The notes under the pieces were generated by a model. It saw nothing but the letters and a program-made list of their open reading frames with translations. It did not search any database and was not told the origin of the DNA. Below, one piece after another: positions 1 to 11,957 of a stretch of 64,000 bases of DNA. A program made the translations under genes and the position numbers. Source of the DNA: Octopus vulgaris (taxonomy: Eukaryota). The stretch is taken from NCBI GenBank assembly GCA_951406725.2, contig OX597824.1:95480001-95544000 (forward strand). The letters run 5' to 3'. Position 1 is the stretch's first letter; each line of letters starts with the position of its first letter.

Positions 1-292
1 TTTTGTTATATTTTTAGTTCAGGTATGCTGTTCAATTTTGAATTTTATGGGATCCATTTCTATTTCCATGTATTTTGGTACGGCATTAAAGAGATCTGGA
101 CCAGGTGAGGTAAAGTAGTTGTGGCATAATGTTGTTATGTGTCCAGAGTTCGATCCTAGATACATACAGCTTGTCTGACAAAACAAAGTGGTAAGATGGT
201 CATGATTGGAATCCTTTTGATCATTGACCTGCTTGATCATGACTGACCTGGGGCTAAACCATAATACTACACTTCTACCTTTTACAATCTTA

Positions 293-652
293 TACTCTTT
301 TACTTGTTTCAGTCATTTGACTGTGGCCATGCTGGGGCACCACCTTTAGTCAAGCAAATTGACCTCAGGACTTATTCTTTGTAAGCCTAGTACTTATTCT
401 ATCAGTCTCTTTTGCCGAACCGCTAAGTTACAGGGACATAAACACACCAGCATCGGTTGTCAAGCGATGTTGGGTGGACAAACATAATACGACAGGCTTC
501 TTTCAGTTTCCTTCTACCAAATCCACTCATAAGGCTTTGGTCAGCCAGAGGCTATAGCAGAAGACACTTGCCCAAGGTGCCATGCAGTGGGACTGAACCT
601 AGAACCATGTGGTTGGTAAGCAAGCTACTTACCACACAGCCACTCCTATGCC
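293..652 (-). mobile_element. tRNA-derived SINE family A (CORE-like CCTTGGGCAAGT), CpG-decayed copy
   Basis: Head GGCGCAGGAGTGGCTGTGTGG (A box) and GGTTCAGTCCC (B box); tail GACTGAAACAAGTAAAAGAG. More than 15 copies in the window. Confidence 0.85.
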
Positions 653-694
653 TATACACTATAAATTCAAATATAGAGATTTGTATTTACAAAC

Positions 695-780
695 CCGAAG
701 CCCTTTGCCAATCGCAATGGCACCTCTCAGTCGGATGTAGTTCCACGACAGGTCAAATTGCTGCAGATATTCATTGGAGC
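695..780 (-). CDS. LRRC74: LRRC74-family coding exon 7 (GSNEYLQQFDLSWNYIRLRGAIAIGKGLR); gene continues beyond the left edge
   Basis: Acceptor CTTTTCACAG, donor CGG|GTTTGT, 86 nt (phase 1 to 0). The DLSWN....RGA.A...GLR motif is typical of LRRC74. Confidence 0.9.
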
Positions 781-1708
781 CTGTGAAAAGAAGGAGAAGA
801 ACATGGAAAATTCTGGCTTTTGTTTTATTTTCAATATTTTGACAAGTTTCTATATTTTGGTGTTAAGGACTCACGAGATAATGTCTTAGATGTAGAATGT
901 ATGAAAATATGAAGGGATGGTCGTAACTGGAATGGTTTTGATGAATCACAAACTTGTCTTATTTGGGGTTGATCTGAGATTAAAAAACAACAACAAAGCT
1001 TGAACTAATGAGGACAGCTACTCTAGGGAGTAACTCGACCTGCTAGAAGTAGCAGCCAGATTTCTCTCTCTCTCAATCATGACTTGCCCCGTTAGAAAAG
1101 AAGTGATGGTACATTTGATAATGTAGTCCTTGATGTATTTTACCTGTATCTCAATTTCTCTTGAGAAAGACAGCATAATACACTATTATATAGAGATCGA
1201 AGAAGGGAGCCTCTACATAGCTATTTGACTTTTAGATACAGTAGCCCAAGCTTTCCTCAAATCATATCTTACTGTCTTTTTTTTATATATATCTTACTGT
1301 TTTTTAATGTTTCACTCAGGGAAGCTGGTTTGTTAAACAGTCAAAATAAGGAGGTTTTGTAACAGTTAAATGGTTAAAATAAGGTTTTGTAAAAGTAAAC
1401 ATTGAAAAAATATTTTTTGAATAACAGGATGTACAGAACCAGCAGATAAATGAACCCTGATAAAGTATTTATTCCTAAGATATTGTTTTAAAACATTAAT
1501 TACTTGTAACAAATAAGTACTATGTAATATCATGGATTTTGTAAATGTTGGGGGGTGCATTTTTGTGGCTTGTCCCAGGCACGGTTTACCCTAGCTACAC
1601 CACTGCTTATCATTCACCCATGCACCTTCACTGGAGTCTAGACCAACTGACTATATTGGCCCCTTAGCAACAGCTGAAGAAAGGACCCATGTTAGAGGAT
1701 CTACTTAC

Positions 1709-1790
1709 CTATTGCTACACCGAATATCTCTCCGCCATTTTCACCAAGTCTGTTTTTGCTCAAGTCGATGCTTTCTAAATATTTATTTTT
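1709..1790 (-). CDS. LRRC74: LRRC74-family coding exon 6 (KNKYLESIDLSKNRLGENGGEIFGVAI-G)
   Basis: Acceptor TTTTTTCTACAG, donor TAG|GTAAGT, 82 nt (phase 0 to 1). LRR. Confidence 0.9.
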
Positions 1791-2112
1791 CTGTAGAAAA
1801 AAGAACGCAAGAACTCAATCAGTCAACGAATATTTTCCAATGCCAAACTTTCTTTATTTTATCTCATTTGCAGAGAAGGAACAAGAAGCAACTGCAGACA
1901 TTGTGAGAGTGGTGGTGATGAGGGGGGATGGAAGTTGTTGTTTCCCCCATCAAGTTAGAATTTATTGAGCAGACCTATGACTAAAGGCATTCCATTTATG
2001 ACCATCAGGCCTTTTTTTTATTTATTTTTTATTTTTAATAAATAATTGAGGTGATCTGAGGGCAGTTTTGAATGATATTTCTATCATACAACCGTTTTGA
2101 GACACTGTCATT

Positions 2113-2348
2113 ATACCTATTTCTTTACTACCCACAAGGGGCTAAACATACAGGGGACAAACAAGGACAGACATAGGTATTAAGTCGATTACATCGACCC
2201 CTGTGCATAACTGGTACTTATTTAATGAACCTCGAAAGGATGGAAGGCAAAGTCGTCCTCGGCGGAATTTGAACTCAGAACGCAGTGGCGGACGAAATAC
2301 CGCAAAGGATTTCACCCGGCATGCTAATGTTTCTGCCAGCTCGCCACC
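2113..2348 (-). mobile_element. SINE family B (tRNA head + Meta-type core), tail-1 form
   Basis: Head GGCGAGCTGGCAGAAAC..., B box GAGTTCAAATTCC, family core GTCGACTTTGCCTTTCATCCTTTCGGGGTCGATAAA (resembles the MetaSINE domain), tail ...AGCCCCTTGTGGGTAGTAAAGAAATA. Confidence 0.8.
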
Positions 2349-2684
2349 TATATTGCAGGAAATATAGTTAAACTAAATTCAATGTGTTGACAACCAAAGA
2401 CAGATCTGAATCCACTGGTTCTTAACCGACAACTTCATTTCAATCATCCCAAACTGAAATGACAAGTGAGTCACATTCAGGCTTGTCACAACATGACACA
2501 AGACAAGCAGAGTGGGTGCTCGACCTCACGGAACATAGGATCTTCTAGCCAAATATACTCAATAATAAATACTCTAAGGTCTTTGCTTGTCAAATAAGGC
2601 AGAATTCATTTCAATATTCTCTCTCACCGTAATTTTACACTTAACTCTTTCACGACTATATTTCTATTGACTCTCTCTCCCTCT

Positions 2685-2900
2685 TTTTATTCTTTTACTT
2701 GGTTCAGTCATTTGACTGTGGCCACGCTGGAGCACAGCCTTTTAGTCAAGAATATCGCCCCCAGGACTTATTCTTTGGAAGCCTAGTACTTATTCTATTG
2801 GCCTCTTTCGCCAAACTGTTAAGTTACGGGGACGTAAACACACCAACATCGGTTGTCAAACGATGGTGGAGGGGGGACAAACACAGACACACAAACATAT

Positions 2901-2935
<35 letters not shown>

Positions 2936-3112
2936 CACACACATATATACGACGGGCTTCCTTCAGTTTCCCTCTACCAAATCCACTCACAAGGCTTTGG
3001 TCGGCCCGAGGCTATAGTAGAAGACACTTGCCTAAGGTGCCACGCAGTTGGACTGAACCCGGAACCATGTGGTTGGTAAGCAAGCTACCTACCACACAGC
3101 CACTCCTGCACC
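2685..3112 (-). mobile_element. SINE family A, full length with internal (TA)/(CA) microsatellite
   Basis: Aligns end to end with the copies at 36881 and 40075. Confidence 0.85.
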
Positions 3113-3900
3113 TATATGTTTATGTGTTTGGATTAATTGTCAATGTAATCAATATTTTGGTGCTGTTTACAAAAATATCTGCCACTTTATATCATCACCA
3201 TCATCAGTAGCAGCAGCATCATTTAATGTCTGCTTTTCTATGCTCGCATGGGTTAGACAGTTTGACTGGAACTGATAAGCCAGAGAGCTGCACCAAGTTC
3301 CAGTCTTATTTGACATGGCTTCTACAGCTGGATGTCCTTCCTAATGCCAACCACTCCAAGAGTGTGATTGGTGCTTTTTTTGTGCCACTGGCATGGGTGC
3401 CAGTTATGTGGCACTGGCCACAGCTATGGCTACGATTTCTCTTGCTTTGATGCATCTTTATACATAGAGATATACGTTGGTGTTGACCATCTGGAACCAC
3501 AAGTTATAATTGATATTACAATGCAAGGCAATTAGCTGGTAGGATCATGAGCCTGCCTGGCTAAATGCTCAACAGCATTTTGTCCATCTTTACATTCTGA
3601 GTTCAAATTATGCCAGGCCCAGCTATCATCTTTTCAAGGTCAATAAAATAAGTACCAGTTAAGCACTGGGGTCAATGTAATTGACTAGCCCCTACCTCAA
3701 AATTTCAGGCCTTGTGCCTACAGTAGAAAGCATTATTGATATTACAATGAAATTTAAGGCAGTGAGATGGTAGAACCATTTGCATGTAGGGGACAACACA
3801 ACACAGCCTTATACAGACATTGTTTACTTTGAAGAATTTCATAGAATATCTTATTGTATTTCACAGTTTTACAAAGTTTTCTTTAGTAAACTCTACTTAC

Positions 3901-3950
3901 CTCCAGAGCATTCATTAATTGTTCAAGCACGGAATCTTCAAGCCGGTTAC
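3901..3950 (-). CDS. LRRC74: LRRC74-family coding exon 5 (GNRLEDSVLEQLMNALE)
   Basis: Acceptor CTTTGCCAG, donor GAG|GTAAGT, 50 nt (phase 1 to 0). Completes LNLSGN across the junction. Confidence 0.88.
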
Positions 3951-4104
3951 CTGGCAAAGCATTAAAATTATTTGTTGATATTCGGTTGTTTCACATGAAA
4001 TGTTGTATTTGAAAAGTATGAAAAGCTCAAAATGCTTAGATAAGTGATGATCAGTAAGGAGAGATATCAGGAGAGTAGGGGGTGGGTGTTGCAACATCTC
4101 ATAA

Positions 4105-4478
4105 TTTATTTGTTTCTGCAGCCATGCTGGAGCACCGCCTTTAGTCAAGCACATCAACCCCAGGACTTATTCTGTGTAAGCCTAGTACTTATTCTATCAG
4201 TCTCTTTTGCTGAACTGCTTAGTTACGGGGACGTAAACACACCAGCATCGGTTGTCAAGCGATGTTGGGGGGACAAACACAGACACACAAACATACATAT
4301 ATGTATATATATCTTCGACGGGCTTCTTTCAATTTCCGTCTACCAAATCCACTCAAAGGGCTTTGGTCGGCCTGAGGCTATTGTAGAAGACACTTGCCCA
4401 AGGTGCCATGCAGTGGGACTGAACCCAGAACCATGTGGTTGGTAAGCAAGCTACTTACCACACAGCCACTCCTGTGCC
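4105..4478 (-). mobile_element. SINE family A
   Basis: Same head, body and tail as the other copies; sits 38 nt from the exon 4 donor. Confidence 0.85.
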
Positions 4479-4515
4479 TATAGAATTAATATTTTGTATT
4501 AATATTAACATTTAC

Positions 4516-4609
4516 CTGATAGATTTAAACTGCGGAGTCCTTTATTGCAACAGAGCATCTTGGCTATGTGTGTGATACCAGAAGAACCGACCTGGTTGTT
4601 GGACAAATT
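4516..4609 (-). CDS. LRRC74: LRRC74-family coding exon 4 (NLSNNQVGSSGITHIAKMLCCNKGLRSLNLS-G)
   Basis: Acceptor TATTTCAG, donor CAG|GTAAAT, 94 nt (phase 0 to 1). LRR pattern; below the ORF-track size cutoff. Confidence 0.9.
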
Positions 4610-4789
4610 CTGAAATATGAGCAGAGCAAATAATTATTCAATTTAGTAAGTTACAAAAAAAGAAACAAAAAAACCAACAAAATTACACTTAATATAGGTG
4701 CAGGATTGGCTGCGTGGTTAAAAAGCTTACTTTGCAGCCTTGTGGTTTCAGGTTCAATCCCCCTGCTCTACTAATATTAGTAACTCTTA

Positions 4790-5005
4790 AGGCAGTGAGC
4801 TGGCAGAAACGTTAGCACACCAGGCTAAATGCTTAGCAGTATTTCATCTGTCTTTACGTTCCGAGTTCAAATTCTGCTGAGGTTGACTTTGCCTTTCATC
4901 TTATTGAGGTCGATAAATTAAGTACCAGTTGCACACTGGGGTTGATCTAATTGACTGGCTGCCTCCCCAAAATTTCGGGCCTTGTGCCTAGAGTTGAAAA
5001 GAATA
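4790..5005 (+). mobile_element. SINE family B monomer, tail-2 form, with 17-bp TSD AATATTAGTAACTCTTA
   Basis: TSD at 4773-4789 and ~5002-5018; tail CCCCAAAATTTCGGGCCTTGTGCCTAGAG. Other monomers at ~3530, 5645, 12105, 14705, 16480, 17620, 22335, 31000, 37325, 39870, 45095-45610 and 61372. Confidence 0.85.
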
Positions 5006-5144
5006 TTAGTAACTCTTATTTTAGGAAGCTATTAGCACTTATTTCAAATACTGTGTACATTAAATGATTATATATATATGTATATTGGCTCCTCAGTCAA
5101 AGTGTCCAACCCATGCCAGCATGGAAAACAGACGTTAAACGACG

Positions 5145-5202
<58 letters not shown>

Positions 5203-7384
5203 GGTGTGGAGTGACTGCAATCACAAGTTGGTTTCAGATTTTGGCACAAGGCCAGCAATTTCCATGGGGGAGCTAAGTCAATTAAATTGACCCCAGTGCT
5301 CAGCTGGTATTTATTTTATTGACTCTGAAAGGATACAAGGCAGAAGTAACCTTGACAGAATCTGAATTCAGGATGTAAAGATGGACAAAATGTTTAGCAG
5401 TATTTTGCCCAGTATGTCTTACAAGTTATCATTAGTATAATGAAATTTAAGGTTGTGATTTGGCAGACTCATTAGCATATTGGAGAAAATGCTTAATGGC
5501 ATTTCTTCCATCTCCTTACATTCTGAATCCAGATCCTGCTAAAGTCAGCTTCCCCTTTTCATCCTCTCATTGTTGATAAAATAAGTTGCAGTTGTGCAAG
5601 AGAAGGAGAGATTTGATCCTAGAACACAAAAGAACTGAAATAAAAATTCTTTTCTACTCTAGGCACAAGGCCCGAAATTTTGGGGGAGGGGACCAGTCGA
5701 TTAGATCGACTCCAGTACACAACTGGTACTTAATTTATCGATCCTGAAAGGGTAAAAGGCAAAGTTGACCTCGGCAGAATTTGAACTCAGGACATAAAGA
5801 CAGACAAAATACTGCTAACATTTCTGCCAGCTCACCGCCTTAAACTGAAATAAATATTGCAAGGAATCTGGTCTGTTGTTCTTACAGTTCCACCTGGCCA
5901 TCATCTTGGATTGGTACGCTTTTTAGTGTTTGGGGCGTTTTGGCACCACCTTTTTGACATTGTTGATTCAATACTGGACTGCCATCAGACATTTTCATCT
6001 TCCTCTCATTCTCTCCCTCTCTTCTTCCCCCTCTTTATGTCTTTGAGCATCTAGTTATGTTTGTTTGTGTAACATCTCTCTCGGTCTCCCTCCATCTGTA
6101 TATTTCCATGCATGCTTGCGTCCAGTATTTGTACTTACTGCTACTTGTAGCAACATTCATCCAGGGCAGGTTGCGGTGGCTCTGGCCAACAAGTTCATCA
6201 CTTCCCTCATAAATGCTGACCACACCCGACGGTCGGTCAAAATGTTCCAGCAGACAAATTAATGCTTCTGCTGTGGTGCAAAAATCCAACTTGTAAATTT
6301 AACCAATGCCCATCCTCGAGAGGGCAAGGACGTCAGACAGCACAGATGCTGTAGTCATAACTGTCATTCGTTGTTGAGGTGTAGAGGTCATGTCTAGAGT
6401 TTCATTGGGAATAACAAGCTCACATGTGGTCCCTGGTCACACTTTCGGATAGTAGGATCTATAGCAGGTTATCTTGTTAATTGTCGTCCACCGCAGAGCA
6501 TTCACTGACCAAGTCTCTGCCAATTATTGAAGCAGTTGTGGCCTTGGTTTGATGTGAATTGGTATGCATGTTCGTTAACCCATAGCTAGGACCCTAACAA
6601 ATGCTTCAATTCCATGTCAGAGTGAACCTGGGAACAATAATGGTTAAAAAGTGGTTCCACACTCTACAAGAACCTGGAACTCCTGTACCAAGGCCCAAAA
6701 ACCAAATGCAGTTTGACGTTTTACCAAAACGTACAGTCATCAAAATAGGTTGAATGTCCAGTCAGCATTGCCAAATCACCGATGGCCAAACAGCCCTGCC
6801 CGATTGTCTCATTCAGATCGTTTTGTTGACCCCGCAAATGGATGAAAAGGCAAAGTTGACCTTGGAAGGATGTGGACATTGAGACCTGTATCATCCATGG
6901 CCAAAACTGATTCAATGCAGAGAATTGGAACAGTTTTGAATATAAATCAGTTTGATAATGGCCGAGCTGAGTCTAATCAACAATTGTATCTCTGTAGAGA
7001 TAAAGTACAGCACACACACACACACACACACTTCCTTGCTGTTGTGTGATTGAGTGTAATGAGTGATTGAGTCATCGCTGAGGACTCCATTGTCAAGTAA
7101 GGATTTGTAACGTAGATACAGGATTAATTAATTGTAATGTCAGTGATAATGAGATTGTTTCCAGAGATAAACAATCAGAATAACTGCCATATCCAAAGTC
7201 TTTTAAATATGTTATGAAGAATATGATGTTGATTACAATGGATTTAAACAGAACAAATCATGTGAAAAGATAGCTCAGCATAAAAATAGCAGCACAGTTC
7301 AGTGTGTGACAAGAAAGAAGGCACACACAAAATGGCAATGTTATGGAGATATAGAAATACATAAATGTTACAGTTTGATAGCAT

Positions 7385-7800
7385 TTTGTCCTTACTACTA
7401 TCCCTTACTAACAATAACTCTGAGCACCTTTTCAAACTCCACCTGTCTAACACCCGTGGACATGTTTACAAAGTCAGAAAACAGCACAGCTCCTTCCATG
7501 ACTTTCAGAAACATTTTTTCACGCTAAGAGTTGCTGAAGCATGGAACAAACTGCCGGCATCAGTTGTTGGTTGTCGGAGCACTGCATCCTTCAAAACTTC
7601 CATGCTTCCTGAGATTCGCCAACACTACACCTGATTTTTCTCCCCTCCAAACACACTCAAGCATGTATCTGACTCATATACTGATCACTTTCCAGACATT
7701 TGTACATTACTGCATATGCTTTATACGCACTTTCTGACAAGTTGTGGTGCACCTGAGCACTGTATACAATAATTTCATTATCATTATTATTATTATCATC
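7385..7800 (+). mobile_element. CR1/L2-group LINE 3' end
   Basis: NTRGHVYKVRK...HFFTLRVAEAWNKLPASVV...FK is the conserved CR1 ORF2 C-terminus, followed by 3'UTR and (ATT)n tail. Confidence 0.85.
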
Positions 7801-8317
7801 ACCTCCGCCTTTCCTCCACCTCCCTGGTCCACTCCTTTTTCCTTTCCTTCATTTTCCCTCCCCAAAACTGATATTCACCACATCCACCCCAATCCCCATC
7901 TCTAATCATGTCACACTCCTACCCACCCACCCACCTTGTCTGTTCCCCCATCCCCATTCACTTTTATATACACCTTGTACTTTGAGGATACCCATTCACC
8001 ATCTCTCTCTCTCTTCTCCAGGTGGAAAAGCAGTGATTCACATCTTCAGCAAGATACTTGCTTCTATCCCTCTATCATACTTTCACATCCTTCAATATCA
8101 TTCCTTACTCTGTTGAGGAATCTTGAGAGTATTCGGTGACTGCTAGTACTACCAGTGCCACATTAAAGACACCCAGGACACTCTGTAAAGTGGTTGGTGT
8201 CAGGAAGGACATCCAACCATTGGAACCATGTCAAAGCAGACATTGGAGCGTGACACAGTTCTTTGGTTTGTTAGTTTCTGTCAAACCATCCAGAATGGAA
8301 AAAGGGACGTTAAATGG

Positions 8318-8830
8318 TTAGGAGTGGCTGTGTGGTAAGTAGCTTGCTTACCAACCACATGGCTCGGGGTTCAGTCCCACTGCGTGGCACTTTGGGCAAT
8401 TGTCTTCTACTTTAGCCTCGGGCCAACCAAAGCCTTGTGAGTGGATTTGGTAGATGGAAACTGAAGGAAGCCCATCATCATCATCGTTTAGCGTCCGCTT
8501 TCCATGCAAGCATGAGTTGGACGGTTCAACTGGGGTCTGGGAAGCCAGAAGGCTGCACCAAGCCCAGTCTGATCTGGCAATGTTTCTACAGCTGGATGCC
8601 CTTCCGAACGCCATATGTGTGTGTGTGTGTCTGTGTTTGTCCCCCTTGCATTGCTTGACAACCGATGCAGGTATGTTTACTTCCCTGTAACTTAGCGGTT
8701 TGGCAAAAGAGAACTGACAGAATAAGTACTAGGCTTACAAAGAATATTTTCCGGGGTCGATTTGTTCGACTAAAGGCAGTGTTCCAGCATGGCCACTGTC
8801 AAATGACTGAAACAAGTAAAAGAGTAAAGA
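8318..8830 (+). mobile_element. SINE family A with a nested opposite-strand RTE-type 3' end (family E) at ~8474-8613
   Basis: The A body is interrupted after AAGCCC by (CAT)n-CGTTTAGCGTCCGCTTTCCATGC...CAGCTGGATGCCCTTCC. Similar family E pieces at ~3210-3420, 8170-8315 and 9370-9640. Confidence 0.75.
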
Positions 8831-8923
8831 GTATGGAATTTTGATGGAAGATTTTCCTTGAGACCCTCTTTGATTCTGGAAACAGAATTGATAAATCCTG
8901 AAGAGATAAAGATTATAATTTAC

Positions 8924-9031
8924 CAAATCTGTAATGAAGTCATTCTCTTCCAGCATCTTGCTGATAAACTGGGTTCCTTCTCCATCAATAAGATTCTCTG
9001 TCAGGTCCAGTTTCTCTAATGTTATGCTGTG
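8924..9031 (-). CDS. LRRC74: LRRC74-family coding exon 3 (HSITLEKLDLTENLIDGEGTQFISKMLEENDFITDL)
   Basis: Acceptor TTTTCAG, donor TTG|GTAAAT, 108 nt, phase 0-0. RI-like LRR LxxLDLxxNxI. Confidence 0.9.
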
Positions 9032-9034
9032 CTG

Positions 9035-9145
9035 AAAATAATAATAACAATAATAATGAAATTATTGTATACAGTGCTCAGGTGCACCACAACTTGTCAA
9101 AAGTGCATATAAAGCATATGCAGTAATGTAGAAATGTCTGGGAAG
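9035..9145 (-). mobile_element. Terminal ~110 nt of the same CR1-type LINE
   Basis: Reverse complement of the 7690-7795 tail (GACAAGTTGTGGTGCACCTGAGCACTGTATACAATAATTTCATTATT). Confidence 0.85.
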
Positions 9146-10234
9146 TTCGCATGGAAGCCAGTTAGCTGCTCTGGCAACGATCATGCTTGGATGGTGATCT
9201 TGGCACCCTACTATCACGGGACTAGAGTGCCAGTAAGGCGACTTTAAAAAATAAGGACTGGGATTGATTTGTTCAATCGAACTTTTCAAAGTGGGGCCCC
9301 AGCATGGCTGCTGTCCAATGATTGAAACAAGTAAAAGATGAAGATAATTTGGGTGATGCAGATCATCATTATCTTCATTTAATGTCAGTTTTACAATGCT
9401 GACATGGGTTAGATGGCTTTTGTCTGTTTTATCATGGTTTCTAGAGCTGGATGCCCTTCCTAATGCCAACCACTTCACAGAGCAGACCGGGTGCTTTTTA
9501 TGTGGTGAGGTCTGTTTTGGCATGGTTTCTGCAGCTGGATTCCTGTCCTAATTCCAACCACTTTACAGGGAGTATGTGACACCATTACCAGTGCTTTTTG
9601 CATGGCACCAGAACCAGCACCAAGGCCTTTTATGTGGCACCTTGCTTCTAGGATATCAGTCCTGTTGTGGTAGGCAGGTCTTCTTGTGTACAGCAATTAA
9701 TGAAGCAACAACAAAAAAAAAAAAAAGAACCAACAAAAAACCCCAGATTAATCACAAAGAGATGGATATTAATGGGTGCTACTTTGGTGTGTGATCTACG
9801 TGTCATGAAACTGATTTGGTATGCGATCTACACTTTGTATTGTGATCTACAAGAAAAGTTATTATAAGCACAAGGAAAAAAACCAATAAAATTAGTAAAC
9901 TTGTTTCAAATTTGTTTCATTCTAATTTCTTTTTAATAATAAATGCATAAAACGTATAAAAATTCTAATTATCTATTTTTTACTTTTCTAGCTGATGTTT
10001 GTTCGATTCCCCTGTTCATTCGAGTTGCCCATAAAATTAGTAAACTTGCTTCAAATCTGCTTCATTTTAATTTTTTTAAATAAATGTATTAAAAAAAAAA
10101 GTGTAAGAATGTTTTATTTCAGCCGTAATAAATAAATGAAACATGCAGACTGCAAACTGAAGTAGAATTTGGCTCTTGTAGGTCATGCTTGGAGAGGTAG
10201 ATTGCATACCAAAGTAGCAGTTATTGATGTTTAC

Positions 10235-10407
10235 CCGTAGAACTATACTGATAGGCTTGACAGCATCTGGTCCCAGACCATAATGCGGTAAGGCAATCTG
10301 GTCTTGTCTGATGTGACGGAGGAAGCTGGAGACGGGGTGGATACCCATTTCTTGGCATAAGTCAAGGTACATGCTCTTGCCTGTGACATCATGGGATAGT
10401 GGCTCCT
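10235..10407 (-). CDS. LRRC74: LRRC74-family coding exon 2 (EEPLSHDVTGKSMYLDLCQEMGIHPVSSFLRHIRQDQIALPHYGLGPDAVKPISIVLR)
   Basis: Acceptor TCTTTCCACAG, donor CGG|GTAAAC, 173 nt (phase 1 to 0). The motif Y..C...G..PVS.F.R.....L.H.GLGP is characteristic of LRRC74A/B. Confidence 0.9.
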
Positions 10408-10710
10408 CTGTGGAAAGACAAAAATAATAAAACACTAGTCTGATTTAGAGGATGGATTCATCATGTGAAATACACTGTTTGTGCAGCTGTTTAAATGCAG
10501 AACAAATTTAGAGAAGTAAGTTCAGATGTTTAACAAAGATTGGTGGATGAGTTGTGGAGTGATTGAATGGATGGGAAGACAGGGGGATAAATGCCACTTT
10601 CACACTGTGCAGCACCTTGGGCTAGTGTCTTCTACTATAGCCCTGAGACAACCAAAGCTTTGTGAGTGAATTTGGTAGATCGAAACTGAAAGAAGCCCAT
10701 CGTATATAAA

Positions 10711-10741
<31 letters not shown>

Positions 10742-10763
10742 GTGTGTGTGTGTGCATGTATAT

Positions 10764-10950
10764 TTCGTTTTTGGATTTGGTTTGCAAGATTCTTTTTGTG
10801 AATTTGTGTGTTGAAGCATATTTTGTTGTGTCTGGGGAGAGTCATTCTCTTTTAGTGCCTCATCACTTAACACACTCACTGGTTCAATTTCCACTCATTT
10901 GCTTATTTATTTTTTCTAAAATTTTCGTTGCATCTTGCAATCTCTTCAAT
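10764..10950 (-). mobile_element. Interspersed repeat (second copy 47450-47580) with a degenerate hammerhead at one end; probable Penelope pLTR
   Basis: Both loci share TTCGTTTTTGGATTTGGTTTGCAAGATTC.... Minus 10950-10916 reads TTGAAGAG-ATTGCA-AGA-TGCAAC-GAAA-ATTTTAG. Confidence 0.55.
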
Positions 10951-11021
10951 AATCATTTCCAAACAAAACCGATGGCAACATTCTGATGAGTTACATGTCA
11001 TAACCAGTAATTAATTGTCTG

Positions 11022-11057
<36 letters not shown>

Positions 11058-11059
<2 letters not shown>

Positions 11060-11537
11060 AATGTGCTCAAGGGAAGGTTGGACAGAATCACCTGCTCCGA
11101 CCTCATTAACAGCACAGTTCTGCCTGCAATGTTATATGGTAGTGCAGCATGGGCTACAACAAAGAGAGAAGAGCAGAGATTGGTAATGGCTCAAAGAGCC
11201 ATGGAGAGGTCAATGCTTGGAATCTTGTTGAGAGAGCGCACATCAGTAGTGAGGTCATCAGACAGAAGTCCGGCATGAGGGATGTCATCATAGAATATAC
11301 ACGCAGCAAGTTTAGATGGGCTGGACTCACACCAATAATCGGTGGACCCGTGCAGTTATCGAGTGGTACCCGCGTGAGTGGAAATGACCACTCAGAAGGC
11401 CTCCATGACGGTGGAGTTACTATTTTAAGAGGGCAATTGAGACCACATGAATGAGGAAGGGATGATCTAGAGAGGAGTGGACAGCATGCTGTGACCAGCG
11501 GTGTCAAATGGACACTCAACGGTCTGGTCAGTGAAGA

Positions 11538-11540
<3 letters not shown>
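11058..11540 (+). mobile_element. RTE-clade LINE 3' fragment inserted in (TA)n
   Basis: NSTVLPAMLYGS.AWATTKREEQRL..AQRAMERSMLGI...IRQKSGMRDVI...KFRWAG...WTRAVIEWYPR, with frameshifts. Confidence 0.88.
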
Positions 11541-11588
<48 letters not shown>

Positions 11589-11605
11589 TGTGTGTGTGTA
11601 TTTAC

Positions 11606-11957
11606 CTTCTTGATCAATATCCCAGTGTTCTTCAATATCGTAATCAACTTCAAAAGTATTTTCTGAATCCTTATCTTCCCCAGGTTCCAAATATGTTGTG
11701 TTGTCCTCAGACTCATTGGTCGGTTCTTCCACAACAATAGAACTGTGTGGAATTTGCTCTTCTTCCACACTATTTCTGTTTTTCTCTTCCTCATAGTCAT
11801 GTATTTCAGTCAAGAGAAACGGTGGAGCTTCTGATGAAGCGATGTTCAAAGAAGATTGATGGATGTGCAGTGAATCAAGTGACGGGCTTGCTAAATTCAA
11901 TGTTGGAGGTGAAGACTGACCATCGTCATGTTCTTCAACCACCGTTTCCAGTGCCAT
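11606..11957 (-). CDS. LRRC74: LRRC74-family gene, first coding exon (acidic N-terminus MALETVVEEHDDG...DYDIEEHWDIDQE); exon starts at 11969 with 12 nt of 5'UTR
   Basis: Minus-strand acceptor (T)n-ACTCCTCAG before 11969, ACCATGG Kozak ATG at 11957, donor G|GTAAAT after 11606. 352 nt, phase 1, in frame with the next exon. Confidence 0.8.

Noticed and set aside
6035-6720. Additional LRRC74 exon or separate gene in the GC-richer intronic stretch
   Set aside because: No LRR pattern, and the flanking exons already join in phase. Probably a decayed retroelement that I could not classify.
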